Origin: an uncultured Flavobacteriales bacterium
Lineage (GTDB): Bacteria; Bacteroidota; Bacteroidia; Flavobacteriales_C; GCA-002722245
Reading direction: 5' to 3'
Length of the DNA stretch: 64,000 nucleotides
Assembly: GCA_905182585.1 (NCBI GenBank)
Contig: CAJJCC010000018.1
Coordinates: forward strand, 34,857 to 98,856
In this document: positions 30,486 to 39,860 of the stretch, in pieces
How the letters are laid out: each line of letters begins with the position of its first letter
Numbering within the stretch: position 1 is the stretch's first letter
Translations under genes and position numbers: made by a program
Notes under the pieces: model-generated
What the model saw: only the letters and a program-made list of their open reading frames with translations
What the model was told of the DNA's origin: nothing
Databases searched by the model: none

Positions 30486-31216
30486 TCTTGTAATTTAAAC
30501 TCTGGAGCGTCAGAATTAATATAATTGGTGAACTTCCATATCTCTAAAATATCATCAACTTTAACTTCATAAGGTTCATAAGCAGTATTCGTTGAACAAA
30601 GTAAGAAGGTTTTATTACTTTTTATTTTGTTGTAAACTACTTTAAATACGATTCCGTCTTCTTTGGTTACAATGATATATGGATAGCCATCTTTTACGTA
30701 ATTCCAATTTTGGATGAATTCCCCAGTAACAAAACTCCCGTTAGAAATTGGGGGCATTGAATCTCCTGAAATAGGAAATGTTCTGTATTTACGATCCTTT
30801 GAAAGGAAGGGCAATTGAAACGTTGGTAATACTTTGATGTATTCAGGGTCGTAAAGACCTTGAGTGTAACCTGCTTGAGCAGCCATTGGTACTAATTCGA
30901 TGTTCTCTTCATTATCCTGATTTACGGTTGTAGTTAGTACGCGGAGTTTTTTTCCACTTACATCAACATCAAATCCGTTTTCTAAGTTGGTTAATCTTAA
31001 TTCCGAAAACTCATGTAAATCGTCTTTTAAAAAAACATCAATTGGAACTTTGAAATATTTTGAAATGCGCATTAAGGTGTCGTAGTTAGGTTCAGCCGTT
31101 CCAACTTCATAAGCGCTTAATGAAGAACGCGTTAATTTTAAAGATTGTGAAAGGTCAGCTTGTGACCTAGCACGTCTTTTTCTTAATATTTTAAGGTTGG
31201 TTCCGAAGTGGCTCAT
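30482..31216 (-). CDS. XRE-family HTH + peptidase S24 (LexA/CI-like) autocleaving repressor
   Basis: N-terminal HTH_XRE (LKILRKRRARSQADLSQSLKLTRSSLSAYE), C-terminal S24 with GDSMPP serine motif and downstream Lys. Confidence 0.78.
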   Translation of the reverse strand: MSHFGTNLKILRKRRARSQADLSQSLKLTRSSLSAYEVGTAEPNYDTLMRISKYFKVPIDVFLKDDLHEFSELRLTNLENGFDVDVSGKKLRVLTTTVNQDNEENIELVPMAAQAGYTQGLYDPEYIKVLPTFQLPFLSKDRKYRTFPISGDSMPPISNGSFVTGEFIQNWNYVKDGYPYIIVTKEDGIVFKVVYNKIKSNKTFLLCSTNTAYEPYEVKVDDILEIWKFTNYINSDAPEFKLQD

Positions 31217-31233
31217 TGACAGGTTATTTGTCA
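31217..31233. promoter_or_regulatory. Palindrome TGACA-N7-TGTCA abutting the start codon of the S24 repressor gene (candidate autoregulatory operator)
   Basis: Perfect 5-7-5 inverted repeat directly 5' of the minus-strand ATG at 31216. Confidence 0.3.
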
Positions 31234-31332
31234 GAAGATAACAAAGATATTCCCAAATAACAAAACCAAGTCGATTTTACGCGGGACTCGTTTAAAAGTA
31301 ACCAACCTGCAAAAGGGCAGAATAACTTTTAT

Positions 31333-34300
31333 TTATATTGCTTTATTCAATGTTTCTAAAATATCATAAGCCCATTCTATTGATCTGACTTTTTCGAAAG
31401 TAAGCGCCAATCTCCCCTTGATTTCTTTCATCTTACAAGTCTTTCCATTTTTTTGAACATACATTAATATTTTCCCAAATTTTTCTGTTTGGTAGTAATC
31501 ACTGTCAACATTGGAGATGAAGTAACCACGAAGTTTACTGTTTTTCAAGTACAACTTCTCTAGTCCGATATTTTGAGCAAGCCATTTTAAACGCATTGTC
31601 GCAACAAGCTCTTCCGTTTGATGAGGCAGTTCTCCAAATCGATCAACTAGGTTTTTAACAAAGGTTATAAGGTCTTCCTCAGTGTTAATGTCATTTAGTC
31701 TTTTGTACAACCTCAAACGTTCATCAACTGCATTAACATAAGTTGTTGGGATTAAGATTTCCATATCGGTTTCAATCACACAATCTTTAACAAACACTCT
31801 GTTTTCTTCCTTGAGTTCCTCAGCGTAAAGATCCTTGAATTCCCCTTCTTTTAATTCCTGAATTGCTTCATCAAGTATTTTTTGATAAGTATCGTAACCA
31901 ATGTCAGATATAAATCCACTTTGTTCAGCCCCCAGCATATCTCCAGCCCCACGAATATCTAAATCTCGCATTGCGATGTTAAACCCACTTCCTAAATCAC
32001 TAAATTCTTCTATTGCTCTTAATCTTTTACGCGCCTCACTTGTTAGAGTACTTAGCGGTGGCGCTAATAAATAACAAAATGCTTTTTTGTTTGATCTACC
32101 AACTCTTCCTCTCATTTGGTGAAGATCACTCAATCCAAAATTTTGTGCTTGATTGATAATGATTGTGTTGGCATTGGGAATGTCTAAGCCAGATTCGATA
32201 ATTGTTGTAGCAACTAAAATATCAAAGTCACCATTCATGAAATCCATCATGACACCCTCTAGTTTTTTTCCTTCCATTTGTCCGTGACCAATTCCAATTT
32301 TTGCGTTTGGAATTAATCGTTGTAATGTTCCGGCAACATCTTTAATGTTTTCAACCCTATTGTGAATAAAGTAAACCTGTCCACCTCTCGCTAATTCGTA
32401 AGACATCGCGTCTCGAATTGTTTCTTCATTAAATCCGGTAACGTTAGTATCAACAGGGTATCTATTAGGAGGAGGAGTGTTTATCACACTTAAATCTCTT
32501 GCGCCTAACAACGAAAACTGAAGCGTTCGAGGAATTGGGGTAGCGGTTAAGGTAAGTGTATCTAAATTCGTTTTTAGTGTTTTTAGTTTGTCCTTAACAG
32601 ACACTCCAAACTTTTGTTCTTCATCAATAATTAGTAATCCTAAGTCGTTATATTTTATGTCTTTTCCAGCAAGTCTGTGTGTTCCTATAATAATATCAAT
32701 TTTCCCATCTGCTAAATTTTTAAGCGTTTCTTTTTGCTCTTTAGGGTTTCTAAATCGATTAATATAATCCACTGTAACAGGGAAGTCTTTTAATCGTTTC
32801 GAGAACGTTCTAAAATGTTGGAAAGCCAGGATTGTAGTCGGAACTAAAATGGCAACTTGTTTACCATCTACAGCCGCTTTAAAAGCTGCGCGAATAGCAA
32901 TTTCCGTTTTCCCAAATCCAACATCTCCACAAATTAAACGGTCCATAGGGAATGGTCTTTCCATATCAACTTTTATATCCGCTGTAGATGAAAATTGATC
33001 AGGAGTATCTTCAAACATAAAAGACGCTTCCAGTTCTGTTTGTAAATATGAATCCATCGCAAATGGATGACCTTCCGTTGCTTTTCTTTTCGCGTATAAT
33101 TTGATTAAATCGTAAGCTACTTTTTTAACATTCTTTTTAGTACTTGCTTTTTTTGCTTTCCAAGTGGTTGTTCCAAGTTTATTTAATTTAGGCTCTTTCC
33201 CTTCTTTTCCTGAGTATTTAGCAATTCTGTGTAGGGATTGAATACTAACGTATAATACATCTCGATCTTTATATAATAATCGGATGGATTCTGTTTTATT
33301 CCCGCCTTGGTCGATGATTTCTAAGCCATCAAACACACCAATACCGTAATCGATGTGTGTTACAAAATCACCTTTTTGCAATCCTGTAAGTTCTTTAATT
33401 GTTAAAGATTCATTACTTTTTCTTAATTCGTCTTTAACTCTAAATCGGTGGTATTTATCAAATATTTGATGATCTGTATAGCAAACAATTTTAGTTTGAT
33501 TACAAATAAACCCTTCGTGTAGTGTAAAGTATTGAGGTTGGAAATGAAGATCTTTTCCAATAGAGTCACCATTTACTTCGTAGTCTTCCAAAATATTATG
33601 AATCCGCTCAATTTGTTTGGCGTTTTCGCTTATTATGGATACTTCGTATCCGTTTTTTTGATGCGCTTTAATGTCTTCAATAAGAAGTTTAAAGTTCTTA
33701 TTGAAGTTTGGCTGAGGAGAAGAATCAAGTTTGATCTCTTCCGAATCTTTATAAAAGTTATTTCCTCCGTACTCTATAACTTTTACTTGATTTAGTAATT
33801 TTTCAAGTCTATTCTTATTACTGAATAGTTCATTGGGAGGAAACTGAATAGTACTGTCTTCAATTTTACTCCACGCGTCAACTGCTTTTTGATAATGCTT
33901 ATCAACACGATCTAAGGTGAATTGAACATCCTTAACCCAAACGGTTGATGTTAATCCTAAAAATTCTAAAAAAGAAGTTTGGTCTTCTTGTAAAAGTCTT
34001 TGCTGAACATTGGGGACGATATTGATATTTTGATAACTACTGATTGATAATTGATCAGCTGGATCAAAAGATCTTATGGAATCGATATCGTCGCCAAAAA
34101 AGTCAACTCTAAAAGGTTTATCGTAAGAGTACGACCATATATCCATTAATCCACCTCTAACTGCGAAATGTCCTGGTTCAACCACAAACTGTTCTCTGGT
34201 GAATTCATATTCAAAAAGCACTTCAATTAAAAAGTCCATTGATAGATTATCGTTGACTTGAATTTTCAAACTGTTTTTAGAAAGTTCTTTTTTGGTTACT

Positions 34301-34689
34301 ACTTTTTCTAAAAGAGCTTCGGGGTACGTGACAATTATTTTCTTTTTATTGTTATTTAGTTCTGAAAGCACCTCGGCGCGCTGAACAATATTTGCGTTTT
34401 GAGTTCTGCTTGTTGTGTATGGAGTCACTGAGCTAGCAGGGTAATACAATGCTTTTGTTTCGCCTAAAATATTTTGTAGGTCATTATAAATATAAGCAGC
34501 TTCTTCCTGATCTTCGGCGATAATAAGTTGCTTATGCTGCACTTTGTTTTGTAATGCTGCAATAAGTACTTGTAAAAGAGATCCCTTATTCCCTTGGATA
34601 TTTATTTTTTCATTGGTTGAATACGCATCTTGCAATATTGGAAAAACAGGATGTTTCTCAAATTGCTTCAACCATTTTTTTGACTCCAT
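31333..34689 (-). CDS. mfd: Transcription-repair coupling factor
   Basis: 1118 aa; UvrB-homology N-terminal modules, DEAD/DEAH helicase motifs (GDVGFGKTE, DEEQ), TRCF C-terminal domain. Confidence 0.95.
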   Translation of the reverse strand: MESKKWLKQFEKHPVFPILQDAYSTNEKINIQGNKGSLLQVLIAALQNKVQHKQLIIAEDQEEAAYIYNDLQNILGETKALYYPASSVTPYTTSRTQNANIVQRAEVLSELNNNKKKIIVTYPEALLEKVVTKKELSKNSLKIQVNDNLSMDFLIEVLFEYEFTREQFVVEPGHFAVRGGLMDIWSYSYDKPFRVDFFGDDIDSIRSFDPADQLSISSYQNINIVPNVQQRLLQEDQTSFLEFLGLTSTVWVKDVQFTLDRVDKHYQKAVDAWSKIEDSTIQFPPNELFSNKNRLEKLLNQVKVIEYGGNNFYKDSEEIKLDSSPQPNFNKNFKLLIEDIKAHQKNGYEVSIISENAKQIERIHNILEDYEVNGDSIGKDLHFQPQYFTLHEGFICNQTKIVCYTDHQIFDKYHRFRVKDELRKSNESLTIKELTGLQKGDFVTHIDYGIGVFDGLEIIDQGGNKTESIRLLYKDRDVLYVSIQSLHRIAKYSGKEGKEPKLNKLGTTTWKAKKASTKKNVKKVAYDLIKLYAKRKATEGHPFAMDSYLQTELEASFMFEDTPDQFSSTADIKVDMERPFPMDRLICGDVGFGKTEIAIRAAFKAAVDGKQVAILVPTTILAFQHFRTFSKRLKDFPVTVDYINRFRNPKEQKETLKNLADGKIDIIIGTHRLAGKDIKYNDLGLLIIDEEQKFGVSVKDKLKTLKTNLDTLTLTATPIPRTLQFSLLGARDLSVINTPPPNRYPVDTNVTGFNEETIRDAMSYELARGGQVYFIHNRVENIKDVAGTLQRLIPNAKIGIGHGQMEGKKLEGVMMDFMNGDFDILVATTIIESGLDIPNANTIIINQAQNFGLSDLHQMRGRVGRSNKKAFCYLLAPPLSTLTSEARKRLRAIEEFSDLGSGFNIAMRDLDIRGAGDMLGAEQSGFISDIGYDTYQKILDEAIQELKEGEFKDLYAEELKEENRVFVKDCVIETDMEILIPTTYVNAVDERLRLYKRLNDINTEEDLITFVKNLVDRFGELPHQTEELVATMRLKWLAQNIGLEKLYLKNSKLRGYFISNVDSDYYQTEKFGKILMYVQKNGKTCKMKEIKGRLALTFEKVRSIEWAYDILETLNKAI

Positions 34690-34901
34690 AGTACAAAACT
34701 AAATATTTTTGGAGTTTTAGTAACAAAACAGTTGAAAATGATCGTTGTTTTATTTCTGTAATCTAGTGTTGTAAATTCCTAATCACATTCAAATTAGTTA
34801 TTCCGACGATTATTTTTTCATTTTTTTTTAAAAAAACTTTGACACTAAATTTAAAAGTATACTTTTGCGACAAATTGGATGTCAATTTAAAAAAATAAGA
34901 T

Positions 34902-35123
34902 ATGTATTGGACATTAGAATTAGCGAATTATTTAACTGATGCACCTTGGCCAGCAACTAAGGACGAATTAATTGATTACGCGATGAGATCAGGTGCTCCT
35001 TTGGAAGTTACAGAAAACTTACAGGAACTTGAGGAAGAGGTTGAGTCTTACGAGACAATTGAAGAGATTTGGCCGGATTTTCCAACAAAAGATGATTTTC
35101 TCTTCAACGAAGATGAATACTAA
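34902..35123 (+). CDS. DUF2795-like small protein
   Basis: 73 aa; ...PATKDELIDYAMRSGAPLEVTENLQEL... pattern resembles DUF2795. Confidence 0.5.
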   Translation: MYWTLELANYLTDAPWPATKDELIDYAMRSGAPLEVTENLQELEEEVESYETIEEIWPDFPTKDDFLFNEDEY

Positions 35124-35128
35124 AAATA

Positions 35129-35153
35129 AAAACCCGCTTTAAGCGGGTTTTTT
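35129..35153. terminator. Bidirectional terminator (aaacccgctt-N-aagcgggttt) between convergent genes
   Basis: Perfect 10-bp stem with A-run and T-run flanks. Confidence 0.6.
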
Positions 35154-35161
35154 TATGCTCT

Positions 35162-35671
35162 TCAAACACTCAATTTATCTATTTTCAGTAAAACTTCATC
35201 TATATTATCGCGTATTGACTTTTTAACAAGTAGTGTGAAATAGCGTGCAAATATTTTCTTCTTATTATTAATTGTAATAGAGCAAGTTGTGAAAGAGTAG
35301 TTTGACATGTCTTCTACATTAAACAGGATATGTCCGCGTTTTTGTTTGCCATAATAAAAGTGATAAAGTAATTGAAATCCTTCTTCAGCTTCTTTAAGAA
35401 CAATTAATCCATCTTTAAGTTCCTTTACTTTGCTTCTCCATCGATAGCGAGAACCAATTTTATTTGTGGTGTCTGAAAGCATAATATTTAACGTTTCATC
35501 ATCATTCCAAATAGCCCATTGTTCCCAGTTTTTAAAATCTTTAATCGTTTTAAAAACCACATCATACCGACCACTTGTTTTAATGGAGCTTGCAATTGTT
35601 GTTGTTGCCGGAAGTACTAACCCGATAAGGAAGTATAACACTACAGTTGATATGAGAATCCAAATTAGCAC
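35162..35671 (-). CDS. Membrane-anchored hypothetical protein (possible SRPBCC/polyketide-cyclase-like fold)
   Basis: N-terminal TM helix; 169 aa; start overlaps LD-carboxypeptidase stop by 1 nt. Confidence 0.35.
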   Translation of the reverse strand: MLIWILISTVVLYFLIGLVLPATTTIASSIKTSGRYDVVFKTIKDFKNWEQWAIWNDDETLNIMLSDTTNKIGSRYRWRSKVKELKDGLIVLKEAEEGFQLLYHFYYGKQKRGHILFNVEDMSNYSFTTCSITINNKKKIFARYFTLLVKKSIRDNIDEVLLKIDKLSV

Positions 35672-36573
35672 TACTTGTAGTTTAATTTAATTTCACCATC
35701 TGTAACACTCATATTTATTTTTTCACCAAACAGAAGCGTTCTATTGTTTTTTATATGTCCTGCCGGAAATCCTGTAAAAATGGGGATGTTTAAATGTTTA
35801 GCAAAATCAAAAATCATTTCTTCAACTGGCTTACCAAAAGGTGTAGGGCCATCTTTCATGTCGGTAAATTCCCCAATGATTAGCCCAGCTAGGTTGTCAA
35901 AAACACCATTACGTTTTAGATTGAACAGCATTCTATCTGTATGGTATAGATATTCACACAAGTCCTCTACAAACAGTATTTTACCCGTAGTGTCGATATG
36001 AGATTTTGAACCGCAAACGCTGAATAGGATAGATAGATTCCCTCCAACGATTTCTGCATTTACGTTTCCATTTTGGCAAAGGTCAAAATCACTAGTTTGA
36101 AAACAATAATCTAATTTATTTTCAAAAAGAAGATCCTTTAATGATTGAATTGCTTCTGCAGTATTTGTCTTAAAAAAAACAGGCATTGTCCCATGCACTG
36201 TTGCTAGTTTGTGATTTTGATTGATGTGCGTATGAAAAACGGTAATATCACTAAAGCCAATTAGCCATTTAGGTTTTTCAATAAAAGCAGAAAAATCTAT
36301 TTTGTCGATAATTCTTACAGAACCGTATCCACCTCTTGCTGAGATAATCGCTTTAATAGAATGATCATTTAAGCAGGTTTGAATATCCATTCTACGCAAT
36401 TCATCATTACCTCCAAATTGATTCCATTCGGCCCCAATGGTTTCACCAATAACAACCTCTAACCCCCAGCTTTTAAAAACTTTAACAGCGGGTGAGATTT
36501 CTTCAAAAGTGATTTTTTTTGCAAATGCAACAATTGCAATTTTATCACCAGGTTGAAGAGAAGGAGGAGTCAT
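35671..36573 (-). CDS. LD-carboxypeptidase (peptidase S66, LdcA/MccF family)
   Basis: 300 aa; GDKIAIVA...ARGGYGS nucleophile region and overall S66 layout. Confidence 0.78.
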   Translation of the reverse strand: MTPPSLQPGDKIAIVAFAKKITFEEISPAVKVFKSWGLEVVIGETIGAEWNQFGGNDELRRMDIQTCLNDHSIKAIISARGGYGSVRIIDKIDFSAFIEKPKWLIGFSDITVFHTHINQNHKLATVHGTMPVFFKTNTAEAIQSLKDLLFENKLDYCFQTSDFDLCQNGNVNAEIVGGNLSILFSVCGSKSHIDTTGKILFVEDLCEYLYHTDRMLFNLKRNGVFDNLAGLIIGEFTDMKDGPTPFGKPVEEMIFDFAKHLNIPIFTGFPAGHIKNNRTLLFGEKINMSVTDGEIKLNYK

Positions 36574-36925
36574 AAATGTTTAGGTTTCTTACGAATATAA
36601 TAATTTTACTTTACGTTAAATTTTATCTGCTAACCGAGCATTTTCTTAATCGAGGATATTTGCTTTAATTGCTACATGTTGTGTTTAATGTTCCAGTGGA
36701 TCGATTTAAATTTTGTTTAAGCTATTATACTAGGCTTGTCGCTTGGCGATAAATCCGATTATAAATTTTATTCAGTTAATGTAAGGATGGTTTTTAACAA
36801 CTTAGTTTCAAAGATCCCAAGTCTTTAAATAGTTGATTTAAATATATCCAATTAAATGAATGGCTAAACTGAATATTAAGAAAACTTTAGGGAATTAGTT
36901 TGTTTTTTCGGCTTGTTTTAAGAAA

Positions 36926-37369
36926 TTATACAGTTCTTCTACCTTTTTTATCATTAGGGTTTTCTCCCAGACTAATTACCCTTCTTTGAGTTTGTATGGC
37001 GACGATTTTTTTTCTGTAGGCTAATTTTTTCCACCTGCCAATAGGTCTTCCCGATCTTGATGTTGTATCACCAGCATGAGTGAAATCCTTCTTTCCTAAT
37101 CTGATTTTAACAATTTTTGATTTTGAGATTTTGTAGTTGTCGGCAATTACTCTATTTCGTTCTTTAATAGTGATTAAGTTATCCTTAATAGTAATGGTTG
37201 TTTTATCAAAAAGAGTCCATAAAGTGGTGATTATGATAACAGGTAAGGTGAAAACAGCAGCCACAATAAAAGCCATTTCAATAAAACATGCTGTAATAAA
37301 GGATATGCTCAGACTCGTCATTATCAATCGGGTAACGATATGATAATGGTAAATAGAAAGAGAATTCAT
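36926..37369 (-). CDS. Small membrane protein with two TM helices followed by a basic bacterial-PH (bPH2/YdbS-like) domain
   Basis: 147-aa ORF (true start probably at an internal Met); TM-TM then TITIKDNLITIKERN...IVKIRLGKKDF beta-rich segment. Confidence 0.4.
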   Translation of the reverse strand: MNSLSIYHYHIVTRLIMTSLSISFITACFIEMAFIVAAVFTLPVIIITTLWTLFDKTTITIKDNLITIKERNRVIADNYKISKSKIVKIRLGKKDFTHAGDTTSRSGRPIGRWKKLAYRKKIVAIQTQRRVISLGENPNDKKGRRTV

Positions 37370-38263
37370 TTACTTTTTTAATATTTTAACTTTTCCTCCT
37401 TCCATTAGGATTTGATGAACGGGGTCAATTTTAGGTGTCCAGCCAATTAAATAATCGGTGACAGCTCCTGTTGTTGACTTAGAAAGTGTTTGGAAAGGTT
37501 TTGCCATTATGTCATTTGGGAAGTTATCATCTATATGTTTCATTATCTTTTCTTTCCTTTTTTTCTTAACGTCAAAATTAAAAGAAGTAGCGCCGAATAA
37601 CTCTAGGATTTGGAAAGCCATTAAGCTTGGTTTGTTAAATGAATTCACACCGTATTCTATCGTTTTATTACTCAAGGTATTTAAGCTGAAAAACACATTA
37701 TTATTCTTTTCTGGTTTATGAATGAAGAGTAAAACGACACTTTCAACTTGGAAGTTATTTCTCAGTTTAGCAATAACTTGGTCCTTCGTTTTAATACGAG
37801 AAATATATGGAGGTAAGGCTTTTTTAGATCGTTTAATAGCGCGTGCAAGCTTTTTTGCTGCATTATCATAATGCTTATTAATCTTTGCTACTCCAAGGTT
37901 GGTAGAGGCTAGATTATATGCTCCAGCAATATTCTTCCCAGGTAGTCCAACAGCAATAGCATTAGGGTGCGCTTCAATAATGAAATTAAGATTTACATTA
38001 TATGCTTTAGATTGTGCAAGTATCCAGTTAGTGGAGACCTTTAATGAATCTAAAAAAGCTTTTTTTTCTTCTTGTAACCATTTAGCGCCTCTTTTTTCTT
38101 CCACGAAAACAGGATAGATTAAGACATCATCTTTTAGGATTTTGCAACCATTAAGGTTCCTTCGCCAAGAATTGTCCATTCTACCTGTTGTACCACAGGC
38201 TAAAAGTATCATTGTAAGGATAAATATGAATGAAATATTAAACGTCTTCTTATTCATTCTCAT
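37370..38263 (-). CDS. Lipoprotein of unknown family, paralog A (297 aa)
   Basis: Lipobox LLACG; shares W-R-x2-N-x-C, Y-x2-FV, DFPNDIM-x-P-x-Q, (L/E)LFGA, GW-x-K/E-F/I-D/E-P blocks with the adjacent gene. Confidence 0.6.
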   Translation of the reverse strand: MRMNKKTFNISFIFILTMILLACGTTGRMDNSWRRNLNGCKILKDDVLIYPVFVEEKRGAKWLQEEKKAFLDSLKVSTNWILAQSKAYNVNLNFIIEAHPNAIAVGLPGKNIAGAYNLASTNLGVAKINKHYDNAAKKLARAIKRSKKALPPYISRIKTKDQVIAKLRNNFQVESVVLLFIHKPEKNNNVFFSLNTLSNKTIEYGVNSFNKPSLMAFQILELFGATSFNFDVKKKRKEKIMKHIDDNFPNDIMAKPFQTLSKSTTGAVTDYLIGWTPKIDPVHQILMEGGKVKILKK

Positions 38264-39143
38264 CTTTTTTCTTTTTTAATTTAACCTTGAAGAAATCTAC
38301 GTATTGCGGTTCAAATTTTTCTTGCCAACCTAACATGAATGCTGTGAATTGACCGATGTTTAATTGATTTAAATCTTGTTCGGGACTAACCATAATATCA
38401 TTAGGGAAATCAACCTTAGCCAATTCAACGTTTTTAATTTTGTACTGAGAGTTTTTTCCTGATGTTAAAGGTTGCGCTCCAAATAGTGTTAAAAATTGAC
38501 TTGCTAAACGACTTGAGTTTTTACCGCTGTTAATGGCAAATTCTACTTGCTCATCCGTCATTGAATTAAAAACAGCGTTCGCATCAATTAAATAGTAATT
38601 ATTAAGCATGAAGAAAATCGCTACGTTATCAGCAGCGTGTTTTCTTTTTAGTTTTGCTTCCAATTTGGCAAAGCCTTTTAAGCGTGGTTTAGCAGGAAGT
38701 TTTTGTCCTGGATTTAGCTTAACGCTTTTCTCTACTTTCTTAACAATGGATTCAGCCCACTTGTTAAATTTTGATTGATCTTTTGCTTCTTCTTTTTTAA
38801 AAGCATCAGATACCTTAGGATATGGAAGTTTTTTCTTGACGCTGTATTGATTTCCTGCGCTATAATATTCTGGGATTATTTCAATCGTTTTTCCGTTTTC
38901 AGCTGCTTGTTTAATCGTCCAATCGAATACTTTTTGTAAAGAGTCTTTAGTTGATTTAATGTCGAAACCTGTCCAGAATAAAGATGTTTTACTATCCACA
39001 AAAATGGTGTAAACAACTGTTTTTCCTTCAAGCTTTTCACATGCATTAATTCCTCTTGCCCACCTAGTATCTATTTCTTTAATAGAATTACACGCAACTA
39101 AAAAAACGCAGAATATAATTCCAATAGAAATTACTTTTTTCAT
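38250..39143 (-). CDS. Lipoprotein of unknown family, paralog B (297 aa)
   Basis: Lipobox LVACN; same conserved blocks as paralog A; 14-nt overlap with paralog A start (translational coupling). Confidence 0.6.
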   Translation of the reverse strand: MKKVISIGIIFCVFLVACNSIKEIDTRWARGINACEKLEGKTVVYTIFVDSKTSLFWTGFDIKSTKDSLQKVFDWTIKQAAENGKTIEIIPEYYSAGNQYSVKKKLPYPKVSDAFKKEEAKDQSKFNKWAESIVKKVEKSVKLNPGQKLPAKPRLKGFAKLEAKLKRKHAADNVAIFFMLNNYYLIDANAVFNSMTDEQVEFAINSGKNSSRLASQFLTLFGAQPLTSGKNSQYKIKNVELAKVDFPNDIMVSPEQDLNQLNIGQFTAFMLGWQEKFEPQYVDFFKVKLKKKKDENE

Positions 39144-39196
39144 TGAACGAAATTAAAAAGATTTTTAAGGAAAGTGAATTTTGTGGACGTAAAATG

Positions 39197-39805
39197 TTAC
39201 AAAGGCTTTTTAAAGAGTGGATTTATTTCTTCGATATAAGTAAGAATTTCTCTTTTACCTAAAGCTTTCTCCGATGATGAAACTAGGAAAGGAGGAAGTT
39301 CTTCCCAATAGCGATATAACTCGTTTTGGTAAGCTTTCACGTTTGCAGCAACCTCTTTTTGTTTGATTTTATCACTCTTCGTGAATACGATTGAAAAAGG
39401 GACATCGTTTTCTCCTAAGAACTGCATGAATTCAATATCAATCGTTTGAGGTTTAATTCGTACATCAATAAGTACAAACGTATTCATTAAATTTTCACGG
39501 TTTATCAAATAACCTCTAATCATCTTTTGCCAAATTGCACGAGACTTTTTGGATACTTTGGCATATCCATAGCCCGGTAAATCACACAGGTACCATTTTT
39601 CATTAATTAAAAAATGATTAATTAATTGAGTTTTACCAGGTGTTGATGATGTTTTAGCCAACCCTTTGTTATTGCAAAGCATATTGATTAGTGAGCTTTT
39701 ACCTACGTTAGACCTTCCGATAAACGCATACTCTGGAATGATAGGTTTTGGGCAATCTTTCCAGTTTGGTTCACTAATAACAAATGAAGCTGTCTTAATT
39801 TTCAT
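39197..39805 (-). CDS. engB: Ribosome biogenesis GTP-binding protein YihA/YsxC
   Basis: [13 protein letters not shown]1 motif, DLPGYG G3 motif, 202 aa. Confidence 0.9.
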   Translation of the reverse strand: MKIKTASFVISEPNWKDCPKPIIPEYAFIGRSNVGKSSLINMLCNNKGLAKTSSTPGKTQLINHFLINEKWYLCDLPGYGYAKVSKKSRAIWQKMIRGYLINRENLMNTFVLIDVRIKPQTIDIEFMQFLGENDVPFSIVFTKSDKIKQKEVAANVKAYQNELYRYWEELPPFLVSSSEKALGKREILTYIEEINPLFKKPL

Positions 39806-39817
39806 ATGGTAAAGTTA

Positions 39818-39860
39818 AGCACAAAAAAATGGTCAGTTTCACTGACCATTTTTTTGTGCT
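39818..39860. terminator. Perfect 20-bp inverted repeat (agcacaaaaaaatggtcagt-ttc-actgaccatttttttgtgct), bidirectional terminator-like
   Basis: 20/20 complementary arms with 3-nt loop; lies between the T9SS cargo gene stop and the engB start. Confidence 0.6.
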
